Origin: an uncultured cyanobacterium
Lineage (GTDB): Bacteria > Cyanobacteriota > Cyanobacteriia > PCC-9006 > JAAUQQ01
Direction: 5' to 3'
NCBI GenBank assembly: GCA_963718615.1
Contig: OY970368.1
Location: 5,440,001-5,504,000, forward strand
Length of the DNA: 64,000 nt
The position numbers and the translations under genes were made by a program. Position 1 is the stretch's first letter; each line of letters opens with the position of its first letter. The notes below the pieces were generated by a model. It did not search any database, was not told where the DNA came from, and saw only the letters and a list, made by a program, of their open reading frames with translations. Positions 18,034-28,202 of this stretch are shown here, in pieces.

Positions 18034-18630
18034 ATGAGAACTACCGATACTCAAACGCGATATCACCGGGCTGTGGGTCTGTTTACGACTCGCAAGGAAG
18101 CAGAAGCTGCCTTACACCGCCTCCGGGATACCAGCTTTGATATGGATCACATTTCTATCGTGGCCAAATCTGGAGAGAAATTGAGAGATTTAGATAGTAA
18201 TAACGTCTCTCAAAGGGGCGATGCAAAAAGGAGCGATGCCGAGCAGGCTAAAGACGGTGCTGGTGCCGGTGCTACCACAGGTGCCGTAGCCGGTGGTGTG
18301 GTTGGCTTAATTGGTAGCCTGGGCGTGTTAGCTATTCCTGGTGTGGGGGCAGCGGCAGAGGTAGGTTTTCTGCTGGGCAACACTCTACTGGGTAGTGGCA
18401 TTGGTGCCGTTGGCGGTGGCTTAGTTGGTGCTCTGATAGGCTGGGGAGTCCCAGAAGACGAAGCTAACTACTACAACGACAAGGTTTATAACGAGGACAA
18501 CTACCTGGTTATGGTAGAAGGCACCGAAGACGAAATTCGAGCCGCTGAAACTGTGCTGCGGGAACAGGGCATTCGCGACTGGGGGATTTATGGCTCGACG
18601 ACAACCCCCACCCTTGCCCATCGCTTCTAG
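18034..18630 (+). CDS. General stress protein (YflT-like with glycine zipper)
   Basis: GGAGGAGG RBS; RAVGLF...AEAALHRLRD, Gly-rich segment, LIGWGVPEDEANYY. Confidence 0.8.
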   Translation: MRTTDTQTRYHRAVGLFTTRKEAEAALHRLRDTSFDMDHISIVAKSGEKLRDLDSNNVSQRGDAKRSDAEQAKDGAGAGATTGAVAGGVVGLIGSLGVLAIPGVGAAAEVGFLLGNTLLGSGIGAVGGGLVGALIGWGVPEDEANYYNDKVYNEDNYLVMVEGTEDEIRAAETVLREQGIRDWGIYGSTTTPTLAHRF

Positions 18631-18945
18631 CCCCATCAGGTTTGTCTGTTAGCAAGGGGTCTTTGGGGCGGCAACTCAGCGTTTACCACGTCGCAGTCAC
18701 GATTGATGATAGGGCAGTCAAACCAGCCGAGATCACCGCCGCCCCAAGCATCTCGACTTTTTAAGATCTTTTAAAGAGAAGTTCTCAAAAGTAGTGAATA
18801 GATCTTGGTCAAAAACCTGCTGTGCAGGAGCCATGACTCTGGTTGTCTGACCTGTACCGGGTGATGGTGGCTGTTAGGTTCTGTTCTGGGGGCGCAGTAT
18901 CTATAAGTTTGCAGTGTTTTTCCATGCTCGCTGGAGCCATCTTTC

Positions 18946-19214
18946 ATGCAATTCGATCAGTCTAACCGGCCAGAAATATCCTCCAAGCTCGTATCAATTC
19001 TGCTAATTATTATTAGCGTCATTTTAGTAATACATGCGCTAAAACTATCGCGCCCTGTGACCATGCCGCTGGCGTTTGCCTTTTTTATCGCGGTCCTGAT
19101 TAATCCTGTACAGGCCTGGTTAGAGCGCCGATGACAGCGGCGATCGTGCTGTTTACCAACGAGTTTAAGACTAGCCGCCCGATCGCCATCATGCTCGGCA
19201 ATTCGGAACCTTAA
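18946..19214 (+). pseudogene. Internally deleted AI-2E family transporter
   Basis: N-terminus (PLAFAFFIAVLINPVQAWLERR) joined out of frame to a C-terminus (PMTAAIVLFTNEFKTSRPIAIMLG...*). Confidence 0.65.
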
Positions 19215-19374
19215 TATCGGTTTTGGCGGCCTCGGGCAATAAGTAAGCTGCCCCAGGTACTGAGCGGTAGGAATGGAGCGGAACCCAGCCCCAGAAACAG
19301 CCCCAGGAGGAGTCTTCCCAGGCGTTGCGTAATTCGTAATTGTCATTAAGGGATGACTCAGAGGAAAAAGAGCA

Positions 19375-19437
19375 ATGGAATGTCCAGAATGTCAGTCCAC
19401 TCACTTCCGTAGAAATGGGAAGCGACGCGGTAAGCAG
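19375..19437 (+). mobile_element. IS1-family transposase N-terminal remnant
   Basis: MECPECQSTHFRRNGKRRGKQ zinc-ribbon start typical of cyanobacterial IS1; cut off at the glk stop codon. Confidence 0.7.
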
Positions 19438-19438
19438 A

Positions 19439-20506
19439 CTAACCCACCAAACTCCCCGCATACAACGCCGCCCCAATCAACCCCACCTGCCGATTCAAAA
19501 TCACATGGACCGGCATCCGCTGCATTAAGGGTTCCATTCTGCCCTTATCCCAAAATGCCTGCAAAAATGAACCCGAAGCAAGGCGTTCGGTGTTCTTCGC
19601 GGCGATGCCCCCAGCAATATAAACCCCGCCAAAAGAAAGCAGCTTCAGCGCCAAATTTCCAGCTTCAGCTCCGTAGGCTTCCATAAAATGATTCATGGCC
19701 CGATCGCATAATTCATTTGAGTCCGCCGTCTGGGCGATCGCTGCCCCCGGATCCGCCAAGTCTGCACTGTAATCCGCCGCCGTTTCCCAAGCTCGCACCA
19801 CCGCCGCCACCGCCGGATCTTCTGCTAAATTCTCCTCATCCCGCAAAAACTGATAGAACGCCAAAATACCCTGGCCCGAAACGATGCGTTCGACGGAGAT
19901 ATGGGTGAGCGATCGCTGTCGCTGCAAATATTCCAATAGCCGAAACTCCAAGGCCGTGCGCGGCGCAAAATCCCCATGGCCCCCTTCCGTCGCAAACACG
20001 CGAGCATGGGACTGATCCGCATCGGGAATCAAAAAACATTGTCCCAAACCTGTTCCGGCCCCGAGCACCGCAATGGGAGCCCGACGATCCACTTCGCCGG
20101 TTTGCAAGGTTTTCAGATCCTCTGGCCCCAGTCCTGGGATGCCATAGCCAACAGCTGCAAAATCATTGATGAGCTGAACGAGGGGAATTTCTAGAGATTT
20201 AGCGAGGCGATCGCCCTCCAATTGCCAGTTTAAATTGGTGAGATGAGAGGTGTTTTCAACCACGGGACCGGCGATCGCAAAACAAGCCGCTTGAATCTCT
20301 CTGGTTTTTGTCGTCTGAGCCTGTGCCTCCGCCCAAAATTCCTCTACCATCGGCACCAGATCCCCATAGGACTGGCTTGGATACTCCTTCTCATACAACA
20401 AGGTCTGGGTCAAAAATTTTCCCTGAAGCTTAGGCTTTACCGACGTCTCGACCCAACGCAAAATCGTTTTGGTGCCTCCAATATCGCCCGCCAGTAGTTG
20501 AACCAT
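19439..20506 (-). CDS. glk: Glucokinase
   Basis: LAGDIGGTK, INDF, GAGTGLG, TEGGH, GGVYIAGGI. Confidence 0.95.
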   Translation of the reverse strand: MVQLLAGDIGGTKTILRWVETSVKPKLQGKFLTQTLLYEKEYPSQSYGDLVPMVEEFWAEAQAQTTKTREIQAACFAIAGPVVENTSHLTNLNWQLEGDRLAKSLEIPLVQLINDFAAVGYGIPGLGPEDLKTLQTGEVDRRAPIAVLGAGTGLGQCFLIPDADQSHARVFATEGGHGDFAPRTALEFRLLEYLQRQRSLTHISVERIVSGQGILAFYQFLRDEENLAEDPAVAAVVRAWETAADYSADLADPGAAIAQTADSNELCDRAMNHFMEAYGAEAGNLALKLLSFGGVYIAGGIAAKNTERLASGSFLQAFWDKGRMEPLMQRMPVHVILNRQVGLIGAALYAGSLVG

Positions 20507-20600
20507 GATTCCTCGTGCTTGCTCTCCGCAGACAAATTTCCTATATCCAGTCTGCCAGAGCCTGACGACGGGGAAATCGACGTGTATACTATTTCATTAC

Positions 20601-20674
20601 CGGGATGTAGCGCAGCTTGGTAGCGCGCCTGCTTTGGGAGCAGGATGCCGCAGGTTCGAATCCTGTCATCCCGA
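20601..20674 (+). tRNA. tRNA-Pro(TGG)
   Basis: CGGGATG/CATCCCG acceptor stem, CCTGC-TTTGGGA-GCAGG anticodon arm, GGTTCGAATCC T-loop; TATACT -10 at 20585; CCA not encoded. Confidence 0.97.
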
Positions 20675-20932
20675 CTGGTCATCTACACCGCCCTTGAGGG
20701 GCGATCCATCGGAGCGGGAGCAGGGAACTGTTCCCTCTTCGTTTTTTTTCTTTCATAGAGTTATAACTGACAAGACCCCCAACCGATTGGGCTTGCCGAC
20801 TTGGCTGACCGGTAACTTGGCTTACCGGCAATGGAACCAATACGGTGGTGAGCCAGTCCCCATAGGAGGATGATCTTGCACATTCGTTCACTCATGCCCT
20901 TAACCCAGGCTCAGTTGCCGGGAGCTGCTTCC

Positions 20933-21715
20933 ATGACTAAAATTCGTCGTCTGACTACCGCCCTTGGCCTAGCCGGAGGCATGACGCTGGCATCTTTTCT
21001 GGCAGTGGTGGCTCCAGCGATGGCTTTGACCCCCGAAGAAGTCGCCCGTAAACTCAACAATATTCCAGTTTTTACCCTCTTCAATCCGGAACTGAAAAAG
21101 TTTGCAGTAGCTTCGCTAAATGTAGATGGTAAATCCTTAGCCCTGGTGCCAAGCTATGTCGATCGGGGCGACGCGGAACGGTTGTTGCAGGAGCAGCAAC
21201 GCAGCAATGCGGAAGCGGCCAAGAAGGTTGAAATCAAAGCCATTCCGCTGTCGCTGATTTATCTCGAAACCCAATCGAAGAAGACTACCCCTAACGAACC
21301 GACGTTCCAAGTGGTTCCCGACGAAGATGAAATTAAGATCGCAGTTAAAATGCGGGCTGCGGATGGCGCAACGGAACAAAACTGGCGTGGCATTCCCCTA
21401 TTTTATGCCCCGAATCTAGGCATTACGCTGCCCACCCAAGAGGGCAATAGCCCTGGGCGATCGATTTTGCCGATGTACTTTAGCCGCTCCGATATCGAAA
21501 GCTACATTGCTGAAGCCAAGAAGGGCAATCCCCAACTGGCGAAGTCGGACATTCCTATCCAGGTCACCACCTTGGACAAAGTGCTGGAAACCCTCTTGAG
21601 CAATAACGATCCGGCGCTGTCCCAGGTGGAATTTGTGCCCCCTCGGGCGAGCTTGGAGTACATCATGCGTCAGCGGCAAAATGCTCAACCCAAAGCCCAA
21701 CCTAAGCAGCAGTAG
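20933..21715 (+). CDS. Tic22-family periplasmic protein
   Basis: Signal peptide ending PAMA, LTPEEVARKLNNIPVFTL, GIPLF, PMYFS; GGGAG RBS. Confidence 0.8.
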   Translation: MTKIRRLTTALGLAGGMTLASFLAVVAPAMALTPEEVARKLNNIPVFTLFNPELKKFAVASLNVDGKSLALVPSYVDRGDAERLLQEQQRSNAEAAKKVEIKAIPLSLIYLETQSKKTTPNEPTFQVVPDEDEIKIAVKMRAADGATEQNWRGIPLFYAPNLGITLPTQEGNSPGRSILPMYFSRSDIESYIAEAKKGNPQLAKSDIPIQVTTLDKVLETLLSNNDPALSQVEFVPPRASLEYIMRQRQNAQPKAQPKQQ

Positions 21716-22643
21716 GACCAACCCCACTACCGTCACGGGGCGAGCCCTGCGGCAGTGGCGCGAGCGGGCGATCGCCCAAGCCACCACCGCCACCCTCGAT
21801 CCCCAGGAAGTGGACTGGCTGCTGCGGGAACTCGCCCAGGTCGACCGGTTGCAGCTACGGTGGGTTGAAGATGAAGAGCCGATCGCCATGGCCACCGCTT
21901 TGGAGCACCTCGATCGCCTTTGGGAAAAACGCCTGGGCGATCGCACTCCCCTGCAATACTTGGTTGGCCATACCCCTTGGCGGGAGTTTCAGCTTCAGGT
22001 AGGGCCGGGGGTTTTAATTCCGCGCCCAGAAACGGAGTTGTTAATTGATCTGGTTGGGGAACGGTTTGGGCCAGAAACCACGGGCAATTGGGCGGATTTG
22101 GGGACGGGGACGGGGGCGATCGCCCTAGGGCTGGCGGTTATGCTGCCCGAGATTCAGGTTCATGCGGTGGACTGTAGCCCGGAGGCACTGGCGATCGCCC
22201 GTGCAAACTTTGAACGCTATGCCGTGACGGCTGCCAGGACGAATGTCGTACCTAGGGTATTGCGCGATCGAGTTCGATTCTATCAAGGCGACTGGTTTGA
22301 ACCCTTGGAGGCGCTGCGCGGCCAGATCCAAGGCATGATTTCTAACCCACCCTACATTCCCCAGGATCTTCTACCGATGCTGCAACCGGAGGTCTATCGC
22401 CATGAACCCCATTTAGCCCTGGATGGGGGAGCCGATGGACTGGACAGCCTGCGGCATTTGGTGAATGCGGGGGCTGAGTTTCTAGCGCCGGGTGGATTTT
22501 GGGCTGTGGAACTGATGGCCGGGCAAGCGCCCCAGGTCGAAGCGTTACTGCATTCGCAGGGACAATACGAAGGCATCGAGCGGATGCAAGACTTGGCGGG
22601 GATTGAACGGTTCGTCGTGGCCTATCGTCGGTTGGCCCCGTAG
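21681..22643 (+). CDS. prmC: Release factor glutamine methyltransferase
   Basis: PLQYLVG, VLIPRPETE, DLGTGTGAI, SNPPY; start codon uncertain. Confidence 0.93.
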   Translation: MLNPKPNLSSSRTNPTTVTGRALRQWRERAIAQATTATLDPQEVDWLLRELAQVDRLQLRWVEDEEPIAMATALEHLDRLWEKRLGDRTPLQYLVGHTPWREFQLQVGPGVLIPRPETELLIDLVGERFGPETTGNWADLGTGTGAIALGLAVMLPEIQVHAVDCSPEALAIARANFERYAVTAARTNVVPRVLRDRVRFYQGDWFEPLEALRGQIQGMISNPPYIPQDLLPMLQPEVYRHEPHLALDGGADGLDSLRHLVNAGAEFLAPGGFWAVELMAGQAPQVEALLHSQGQYEGIERMQDLAGIERFVVAYRRLAP

Positions 22644-22701
22644 CCGGAACCAGTATTATTTTGATTGCGATGTTATTTGATGGCGAGATTATTTTGATGG
22701 C

Positions 22702-23367
22702 ATGGTTGTTCGCTACACCTCCCTCCCTGACTTGATTGCAGCGGCGATCGCCGGAACGGTCGTCAGTTTTCCCACCGATACGCTCCCGGCCCTGGCGGTC
22801 CGGCCTGAGCAAGCCGCCAAACTTTACAGGCTGAAGGGACGATCGGAAACCAAACCGTTGATTTTGATGGCGGCCCAAGCCGAAGCACTCTGGCCCTATA
22901 TTGCTCAGAATGATCCAGGCTTTGAGACTTGGCTGGCCCTAGCCCAAACTCACTGGCCCGGAGCCTTGACCCTGGTTCTACCCGCCAGCGGTCAACATCC
23001 CAGCTCCATGACGCCAGCGGATGCCAGCACCCTCGGCATTCGGGTGCCTAACTGTGCGATCGCCCGCGAAATCCTAGCCGCAACGGGTCCTTTGGCCACG
23101 ACCAGCGCGAACCGCTCGGGAGAAGCGGCCCTGGTGACACCGGCGGCGATCGCCCAAACCTTCCCAACCGTGGCCGTGCTTGCTCCTGAAGCGAGAGCCC
23201 GTGAGCTAGAACACCCATGCGCCACCCAAGACCCAAATCAAGACCGAAGCCAAGACCTAAACCCACCCCAAGCCTCTACCGTAGTCCGTTGGATTCACCC
23301 GGCAGCGGCACAGACCCCAACAGGCTCTTGGGAAATTTTGCGCCAAGGCACCGTCGAGATCTTCTGA
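22702..23367 (+). CDS. tsaC: L-threonylcarbamoyladenylate synthase (Sua5/YrdC)
   Basis: FPTDT, KGRSETKPL, WPGALT, TTSANRSG. Confidence 0.9.
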   Translation: MVVRYTSLPDLIAAAIAGTVVSFPTDTLPALAVRPEQAAKLYRLKGRSETKPLILMAAQAEALWPYIAQNDPGFETWLALAQTHWPGALTLVLPASGQHPSSMTPADASTLGIRVPNCAIAREILAATGPLATTSANRSGEAALVTPAAIAQTFPTVAVLAPEARARELEHPCATQDPNQDRSQDLNPPQASTVVRWIHPAAAQTPTGSWEILRQGTVEIF

Positions 23368-23390
23368 TCCTCTACATCTAACTGATTTAA

Positions 23391-23912
23391 TTATTCTGAA
23401 ATCGTTAACCGATAGGCTCCCCGATTTCCCGGCTCCATCGTCCCGACCCAAACCTTATACCGAGACGGTTTCCAATCCTTGGCAACAAGCTGAGCATCCA
23501 AATTGACCGAATCTGTATCATCCCCGCAGAGAAAACCATCCGGGCCTTGGACCATCAGCGTTGTATCCTTGCCACCGCTATCCACCTGGAGCGTCAGCGT
23601 TTGAAACGGAGCCTCCAACACCAGAATGTGATCCGGGCGCGAATCGCCATAGCCCAGACAGGCATTGCCCTCGCGATCGCGATTACTCAAGGCCGAAAGC
23701 GAATAGGACCCCCCGGTATAGCCACTCACCGACCCGGTTTCCGGCGAAAAGCCTGGGCTGAGGGAACGGGTTTCAAAATTGGCCTCTTGGGCGATCGCCC
23801 GCGTTCCCCCCAAGGCCAAAAATACCGAAAAACTGACGCCTAGAAGCTTTCTAGTACTCGGTCGGACCCAGCCCAGCCCTCGTTGATGCTGCATCTGCGG
23901 TTGATTGGACAT
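23391..23912 (-). CDS. Secreted hypothetical protein (PPC-like beta domain)
   Basis: Signal peptide ending AIA-Q; PDHIL, DTTLMVQGPDG..CGDD, YKVWVG. Confidence 0.7.
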   Translation of the reverse strand: MSNQPQMQHQRGLGWVRPSTRKLLGVSFSVFLALGGTRAIAQEANFETRSLSPGFSPETGSVSGYTGGSYSLSALSNRDREGNACLGYGDSRPDHILVLEAPFQTLTLQVDSGGKDTTLMVQGPDGFLCGDDTDSVNLDAQLVAKDWKPSRYKVWVGTMEPGNRGAYRLTISE

Positions 23913-24147
23913 CCTGCAATTCCTCCCCATCCATAAATTTGTTGACGCTGAGGCTTGGATTTCGTTCCATCGGAAAACACGTTTGCTGGGCTCTTCCTCA
24001 GTTTGCTATATTGCGGCAGGCTCGGGTCATAATTGAGGCGAGCTACCCCCAGGAATTCACCGACCGTAGGCATTCACCCACTATCCCCTTCATTCTAGTA
24101 TTCCAAATTTTTTAGCCATCCTCCATCCCGTTAGGAGTTCTAACGCC

Positions 24148-24495
24148 ATGATCGCTTCTCTCCCAACCCCGCTCATTGACTGGGCAGCACTCCATTGCCT
24201 CTCCGATGGTGACAAGGAATTTGAAGCCAGTTTACTTCAGCTCTTTGTTGACGATACGCGATCGCACCTCACCGCGCTGCAAACGGCTCTCCAGGAGCAC
24301 AATCTCGATGGCGTTCGCCGCCTTGCCCATCACCTCAAGGGCTCCTCCGCCAATGTGGGCGCAATGGGTCTGTCGCAGTTGGCCGCAACCCTAGAACAAG
24401 ACGCCCGTGAAGAACGGCTACACAATGGTCCCACTCTTTTTCAGCAAATGGAGGCCCTGTTTGAGCAAATTCAGACCCTCTGTTTGGCACAATAA
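24148..24495 (+). CDS. Stand-alone Hpt phosphotransfer protein
   Basis: AHHLKGSSANVGA Hpt motif; AGGAG RBS. Confidence 0.88.
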   Translation: MIASLPTPLIDWAALHCLSDGDKEFEASLLQLFVDDTRSHLTALQTALQEHNLDGVRRLAHHLKGSSANVGAMGLSQLAATLEQDAREERLHNGPTLFQQMEALFEQIQTLCLAQ

Positions 24496-24498
24496 AGC

Positions 24499-25809
24499 TT
24501 GAATTGGACTTCCCCAACTGCCTTGAGCGCTTCTCTCTCTCCCCAAGACCTCCGACGGCATCTAGATGGCCTGTTGCTCTATCAACAGGTTCTAGAAACC
24601 CCTGTTCTCAAAGCGTTTCTTGACCTCCTAGAGCTGTTGAGTACCGATGGCGATGCCCCAGCGATTCAGCAGGCCTATGGGATATGGTTTCGGCAGTTGG
24701 CGATCGCCCAGCAACGCTGGCCTGATATCATCCTCGCCACGGTTTTACTCGACGATAATCCCTTTTCCCGCCAGGTCCAGCACCATCCCCTCGCTCAGTT
24801 GCCCCTGGCGCTAGTTCAAGCCGCCCAAGCGGATCTGCATTGCCTGGAACAGCTCTACCACTGCACCTGTCTTCGCATCTGCCAATGGGTTCAGCAAGCC
24901 GCCCGACTGGAAACCGCCCCCATCCCCTGGGACGTCACCCACGCCACCTTTGACCCGGCCTTTTTTGGCGACTGGGCACACAATCTAGAAGCCTTTGCCA
25001 CCCACTATCGCCAACAGGGCACGGGGCTGTTTGGTCGCTATCGAGCCTTGCGCTGGGTCCAGGGCGAACTCCTGGGTATTGAGCATCCCGATCCGGTGCA
25101 GCTCGACGACCTCGTGGGCTATGAAGACCAGAAGCGATCGCTCCTGCAAAACACCGAACGACTGCTCCAAGGACTCCCGGCGCTGAATGTCCTGCTCTAT
25201 GGCAGCCGGGGCGCAGGCAAATCTTCCCTGGTGAAAGCCCAGCTCAATACCTATAGCGATCGCGGTCTACGGCTGATCGAAGTGGCCAAGGCCGAGCTGC
25301 TCCATCTCCCGGCAATCGTCGAGCAACTGCGGGCCGTGCCGCAAACGTTTATTTTATTTGTCGATGACCTGTCCTTTGAGGAGGACGATGATGCCTTCAA
25401 GGCGCTGAAAGTGGTGCTGGAGGGGGGGGCGATCGCCCGACCGGCCAATGTCGTGGTTTATGCCACCTCGAATCGTCGTCACTTGATCCGTGAATTCCAC
25501 GATGAACGGCCCCGACCTCGGGATGCGGATGAGGTGCATCAGTGGGATACGGTCCAGGAGAAATTATCCTTTAGCGATCGCTTTGGGTTAACCCTGACGT
25601 TTGAACCCGCCAACCAAGAGACGTTCTTGGCGATCGTTCGTCATCTCGTCCAGCAAGCCAATGTGGAGATTGCGCCAGCGGACCTTGACTTTCGGGCACG
25701 ACAGTGGGCCACTCGCCACAATGGCCGCTCGGGTCGAACAGCCCAGCAGTTTGTGGATTGGCTACGGGGAGAGGACACCCAAGCCCCTAGAAACTCAGGA
25801 GAGTCCTAA
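24499..25809 (+). CDS. DUF815-family AAA+ ATP-binding protein
   Basis: GSRGAGKS, LFVDDLSFE, YATSNRRHL, GRSGRTAQQF. Confidence 0.88.
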   Translation: MNWTSPTALSASLSPQDLRRHLDGLLLYQQVLETPVLKAFLDLLELLSTDGDAPAIQQAYGIWFRQLAIAQQRWPDIILATVLLDDNPFSRQVQHHPLAQLPLALVQAAQADLHCLEQLYHCTCLRICQWVQQAARLETAPIPWDVTHATFDPAFFGDWAHNLEAFATHYRQQGTGLFGRYRALRWVQGELLGIEHPDPVQLDDLVGYEDQKRSLLQNTERLLQGLPALNVLLYGSRGAGKSSLVKAQLNTYSDRGLRLIEVAKAELLHLPAIVEQLRAVPQTFILFVDDLSFEEDDDAFKALKVVLEGGAIARPANVVVYATSNRRHLIREFHDERPRPRDADEVHQWDTVQEKLSFSDRFGLTLTFEPANQETFLAIVRHLVQQANVEIAPADLDFRARQWATRHNGRSGRTAQQFVDWLRGEDTQAPRNSGES

Positions 25810-26067
25810 GCAATGATACTGAAACCTACCCTAGCCTCTAAGTAAAATAGCCGATCATACTTGTATTAATTATTTTCCATTTCTGGGTATTAAGCGTCTT
25901 TCAAACAAGAGAAATACTTGATACCGTTAACTCAGCATTTCTACCATTCTCGCAACCCCCATATTGCGGGCTAACTCCGTAACTTCCCAAGGGGCTTTCC
26001 TCATGTCAGGGGCGGATTCGTCTTTAGGCCTAGTGACTCTCAGTTCTCCCGCTCATCGATTCGCTGT

Positions 26068-26487
26068 ATGACACAAGTGACCCTTCTAGGCCTCGTGGCC
26101 GGTGTCATGACGACGGTCTCTTTTTTGCCACAGTTATTTAAGGTGTGGCGTTCAAAATCGGCCAGCGATTTATCGTTCGTCATGCTCTTGATTTTGACAA
26201 TGGGGATTTTCCTCTGGCTTATCTATGGCTTACTGATCCAGGATATTGCGATGATTTTGACTCATTCGGTGAGTCTGATTTTGTCGTCGCTGATTTTGAT
26301 GTGCAAGGTGAAATACCAACGGCAGGAGCGACGACGGCAGCGACAAGCCGCCCAATGGGCACAGCTTCCAGCCTCGGCCCAGGCAGCCCACCGTCCCCAT
26401 AGCTGCACAGTCAGTCCCCCAGTTCGCAGTTCCCAACCTCGTCAAGGAGACGGCGAATCCGCCGTCTCCCTACCCAGAGCCTCCTAA
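26068..26487 (+). CDS. SemiSWEET/PQ-loop transporter with C-terminal extension
   Basis: TTVSFLPQLFKVWRSKSASDLS; three TM helices. Confidence 0.85.
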   Translation: MTQVTLLGLVAGVMTTVSFLPQLFKVWRSKSASDLSFVMLLILTMGIFLWLIYGLLIQDIAMILTHSVSLILSSLILMCKVKYQRQERRRQRQAAQWAQLPASAQAAHRPHSCTVSPPVRSSQPRQGDGESAVSLPRAS

Positions 26488-26506
26488 ACGGTTTGGACTG
26501 TCTCCC

Positions 26507-27883
26507 CTAGACCCGACCCCGCAGAATCTGAGCCATTTCGTTTGGCTTCGGTGAGCATTCCAATGCAGTTTCCTCGGTGATCCGACCCTCTTCATAGAGC
26601 TTGTAGAGGGACTGGTTCATCGTACACATGCCGTCAAAGGTACAGCGGGGAACGATTTCCTCGATTTCGTCCACTTCGCCCCGGCGAATGAAGTCGCGAA
26701 TGGCGTCGGTGTTGATCATGATTTCGTGGAAGGCTGCCCGCTTGCCGTCGGTGGTCCGACAGAGACCCTGAGCAATAATGCCTACGAGAGATTCGGCGAA
26801 AGCCAAACGGACTGGCTCTTGCTCCGCTGGATCGTAGAGGCTGAGAATCCGTTCGATGGTTTTAACGGCACTGTTGGTGTGCAGAGTTCCCATAACCAAG
26901 TGTCCGGTTTGGGCGGCTTTGAGCGCGGTGTTGACGGTTTCGCGATCGCGCATTTCCCCAATCAGAATGATATCCGGGTCTTCCCGCAGCGATGCCTTGA
27001 GCGCCGCGTCGAATTTCTTGGTATTGATGCCGACTTCCCGCTGTTTGATCAGCGATCGCTGACTTTTATGCACAAATTCGATCGGGTCTTCGATAGTGAT
27101 AATGTTCTTGGGCATCTCTCTGTTGATGTAGTCCACCATGGCTGCCATGGTTGTGGACTTCCCGGAACCGGTCGGCCCGGTCACCAAAATCAACCCCTTG
27201 TGATAGTGGCAAACATCCCGAAAGACCACGGGCAAATTCAACTGCTCCATGGTCATGATCTTCAGCGGGATTAATCGCATCACCAGGGCATAGCCATGAA
27301 GCGTATCGAAGACGTTGATCCGAACCCGCGCAAATTCGTACTGGGTCGCGCCATCAAAATCGAGTTCCTTTTCAAAACGCTCGATTTCCGCTGGCGTCAT
27401 GATCTCTTCCAGCCAGCACTGGAAGGTTTCCTTGGTGGTTTCTGGGTAGCTCGTGGCAACGATTTGGCCGCGATCGCGAAAGCGCGGCAGTTCTGCCACA
27501 CCCAAGTGAATATCAGACATACCCTTGTCGTAGGCATCTCGCACAATCTGGGCTAGGGTCGGTTGACCCGCAGGCAGCTTGCGCTTTTGGGGAGCCGTTT
27601 GGACCGCAGCGGGCGGTGGGGCAGCGGGACGATGGCCAGGGGTTGCAGCCCGAGCTTGCTGCTGCTGAGCGGCACGCAGTTGAGCGGCCCTTGCCGCCTG
27701 AGCCTGAGCGGCTTGGGCATTGGCGGCTTGGACGGGAGGCACAGAAATCTGTCGGGTTTGCTCTGCGGAGGGCGGAATTCCTGCGGACATTATCGTGCGA
27801 TCGGGCATTTGGCCCGGTGTCCGATTCATCGGGGGAACGCCCGGTTGGGGTGGGGTCATCGATCGATTTTGGCCGTCAGACAT
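26507..27883 (-). CDS. pilT: Type IV pilus retraction ATPase, PilT2-type with Pro/Ala/Gln-rich N-terminus
   Basis: GPTGSGKSTT, TIEDPIE, LREDPD, GEMRD, TGHLVMGTLH. Confidence 0.93.
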   Translation of the reverse strand: MSDGQNRSMTPPQPGVPPMNRTPGQMPDRTIMSAGIPPSAEQTRQISVPPVQAANAQAAQAQAARAAQLRAAQQQQARAATPGHRPAAPPPAAVQTAPQKRKLPAGQPTLAQIVRDAYDKGMSDIHLGVAELPRFRDRGQIVATSYPETTKETFQCWLEEIMTPAEIERFEKELDFDGATQYEFARVRINVFDTLHGYALVMRLIPLKIMTMEQLNLPVVFRDVCHYHKGLILVTGPTGSGKSTTMAAMVDYINREMPKNIITIEDPIEFVHKSQRSLIKQREVGINTKKFDAALKASLREDPDIILIGEMRDRETVNTALKAAQTGHLVMGTLHTNSAVKTIERILSLYDPAEQEPVRLAFAESLVGIIAQGLCRTTDGKRAAFHEIMINTDAIRDFIRRGEVDEIEEIVPRCTFDGMCTMNQSLYKLYEEGRITEETALECSPKPNEMAQILRGRV

Positions 27884-28202
27884 AGATTTCTCTGGGGTGT
27901 GATTCCTGAAGGGTTGGCTCTTGAGATGGCGCGGATCAACAGGTCTACCGCTTAAAACATAGACAATAACTTGCTATTGTTACGTTTTTGTTACACTATC
28001 CGGTCTCGTAAGCAAAGTCTATGGGGGTTGGGCTCAACCTCCAGGGTGCCCAGATCGGCCCATGACTGAATCACGCCGGTTCTTTAGGTCCGGTTCGACA
28101 GGAGGCAATCTAAGCTGGGAGTCAGTCTGTGACCTTGACCAGTGAGCAGACAAGATAGGAGTTTTTAACTGCGCCGATTGTCCGTAGAATCTGCCATCAA
28201 AA

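Noticed and set aside
18663-18747. TTGGGGCGGC/GCCGCCCCAA long-range stem as an ncRNA
   Set aside because: A single 10-bp stem with a large loop after a gene end; no other support
20601-20700. tRNA-Pro as the integration site of an island
   Set aside because: No integrase, no duplicated tRNA 3' end seen, and flanking genes are core
20833-20858. ECF-type promoter GGAAC...GTC upstream of tic22
   Set aside because: Short motif with an 18-bp spacer; not distinguishable from chance without TSS data
27978-27996. TGTTAC direct repeat upstream of pilT as an HLR1/RpaB or NtcA site
   Set aside because: The period is 11 bp rather than the 10 bp of HLR1 and there is no GTA-N8-TAC; too weak to call
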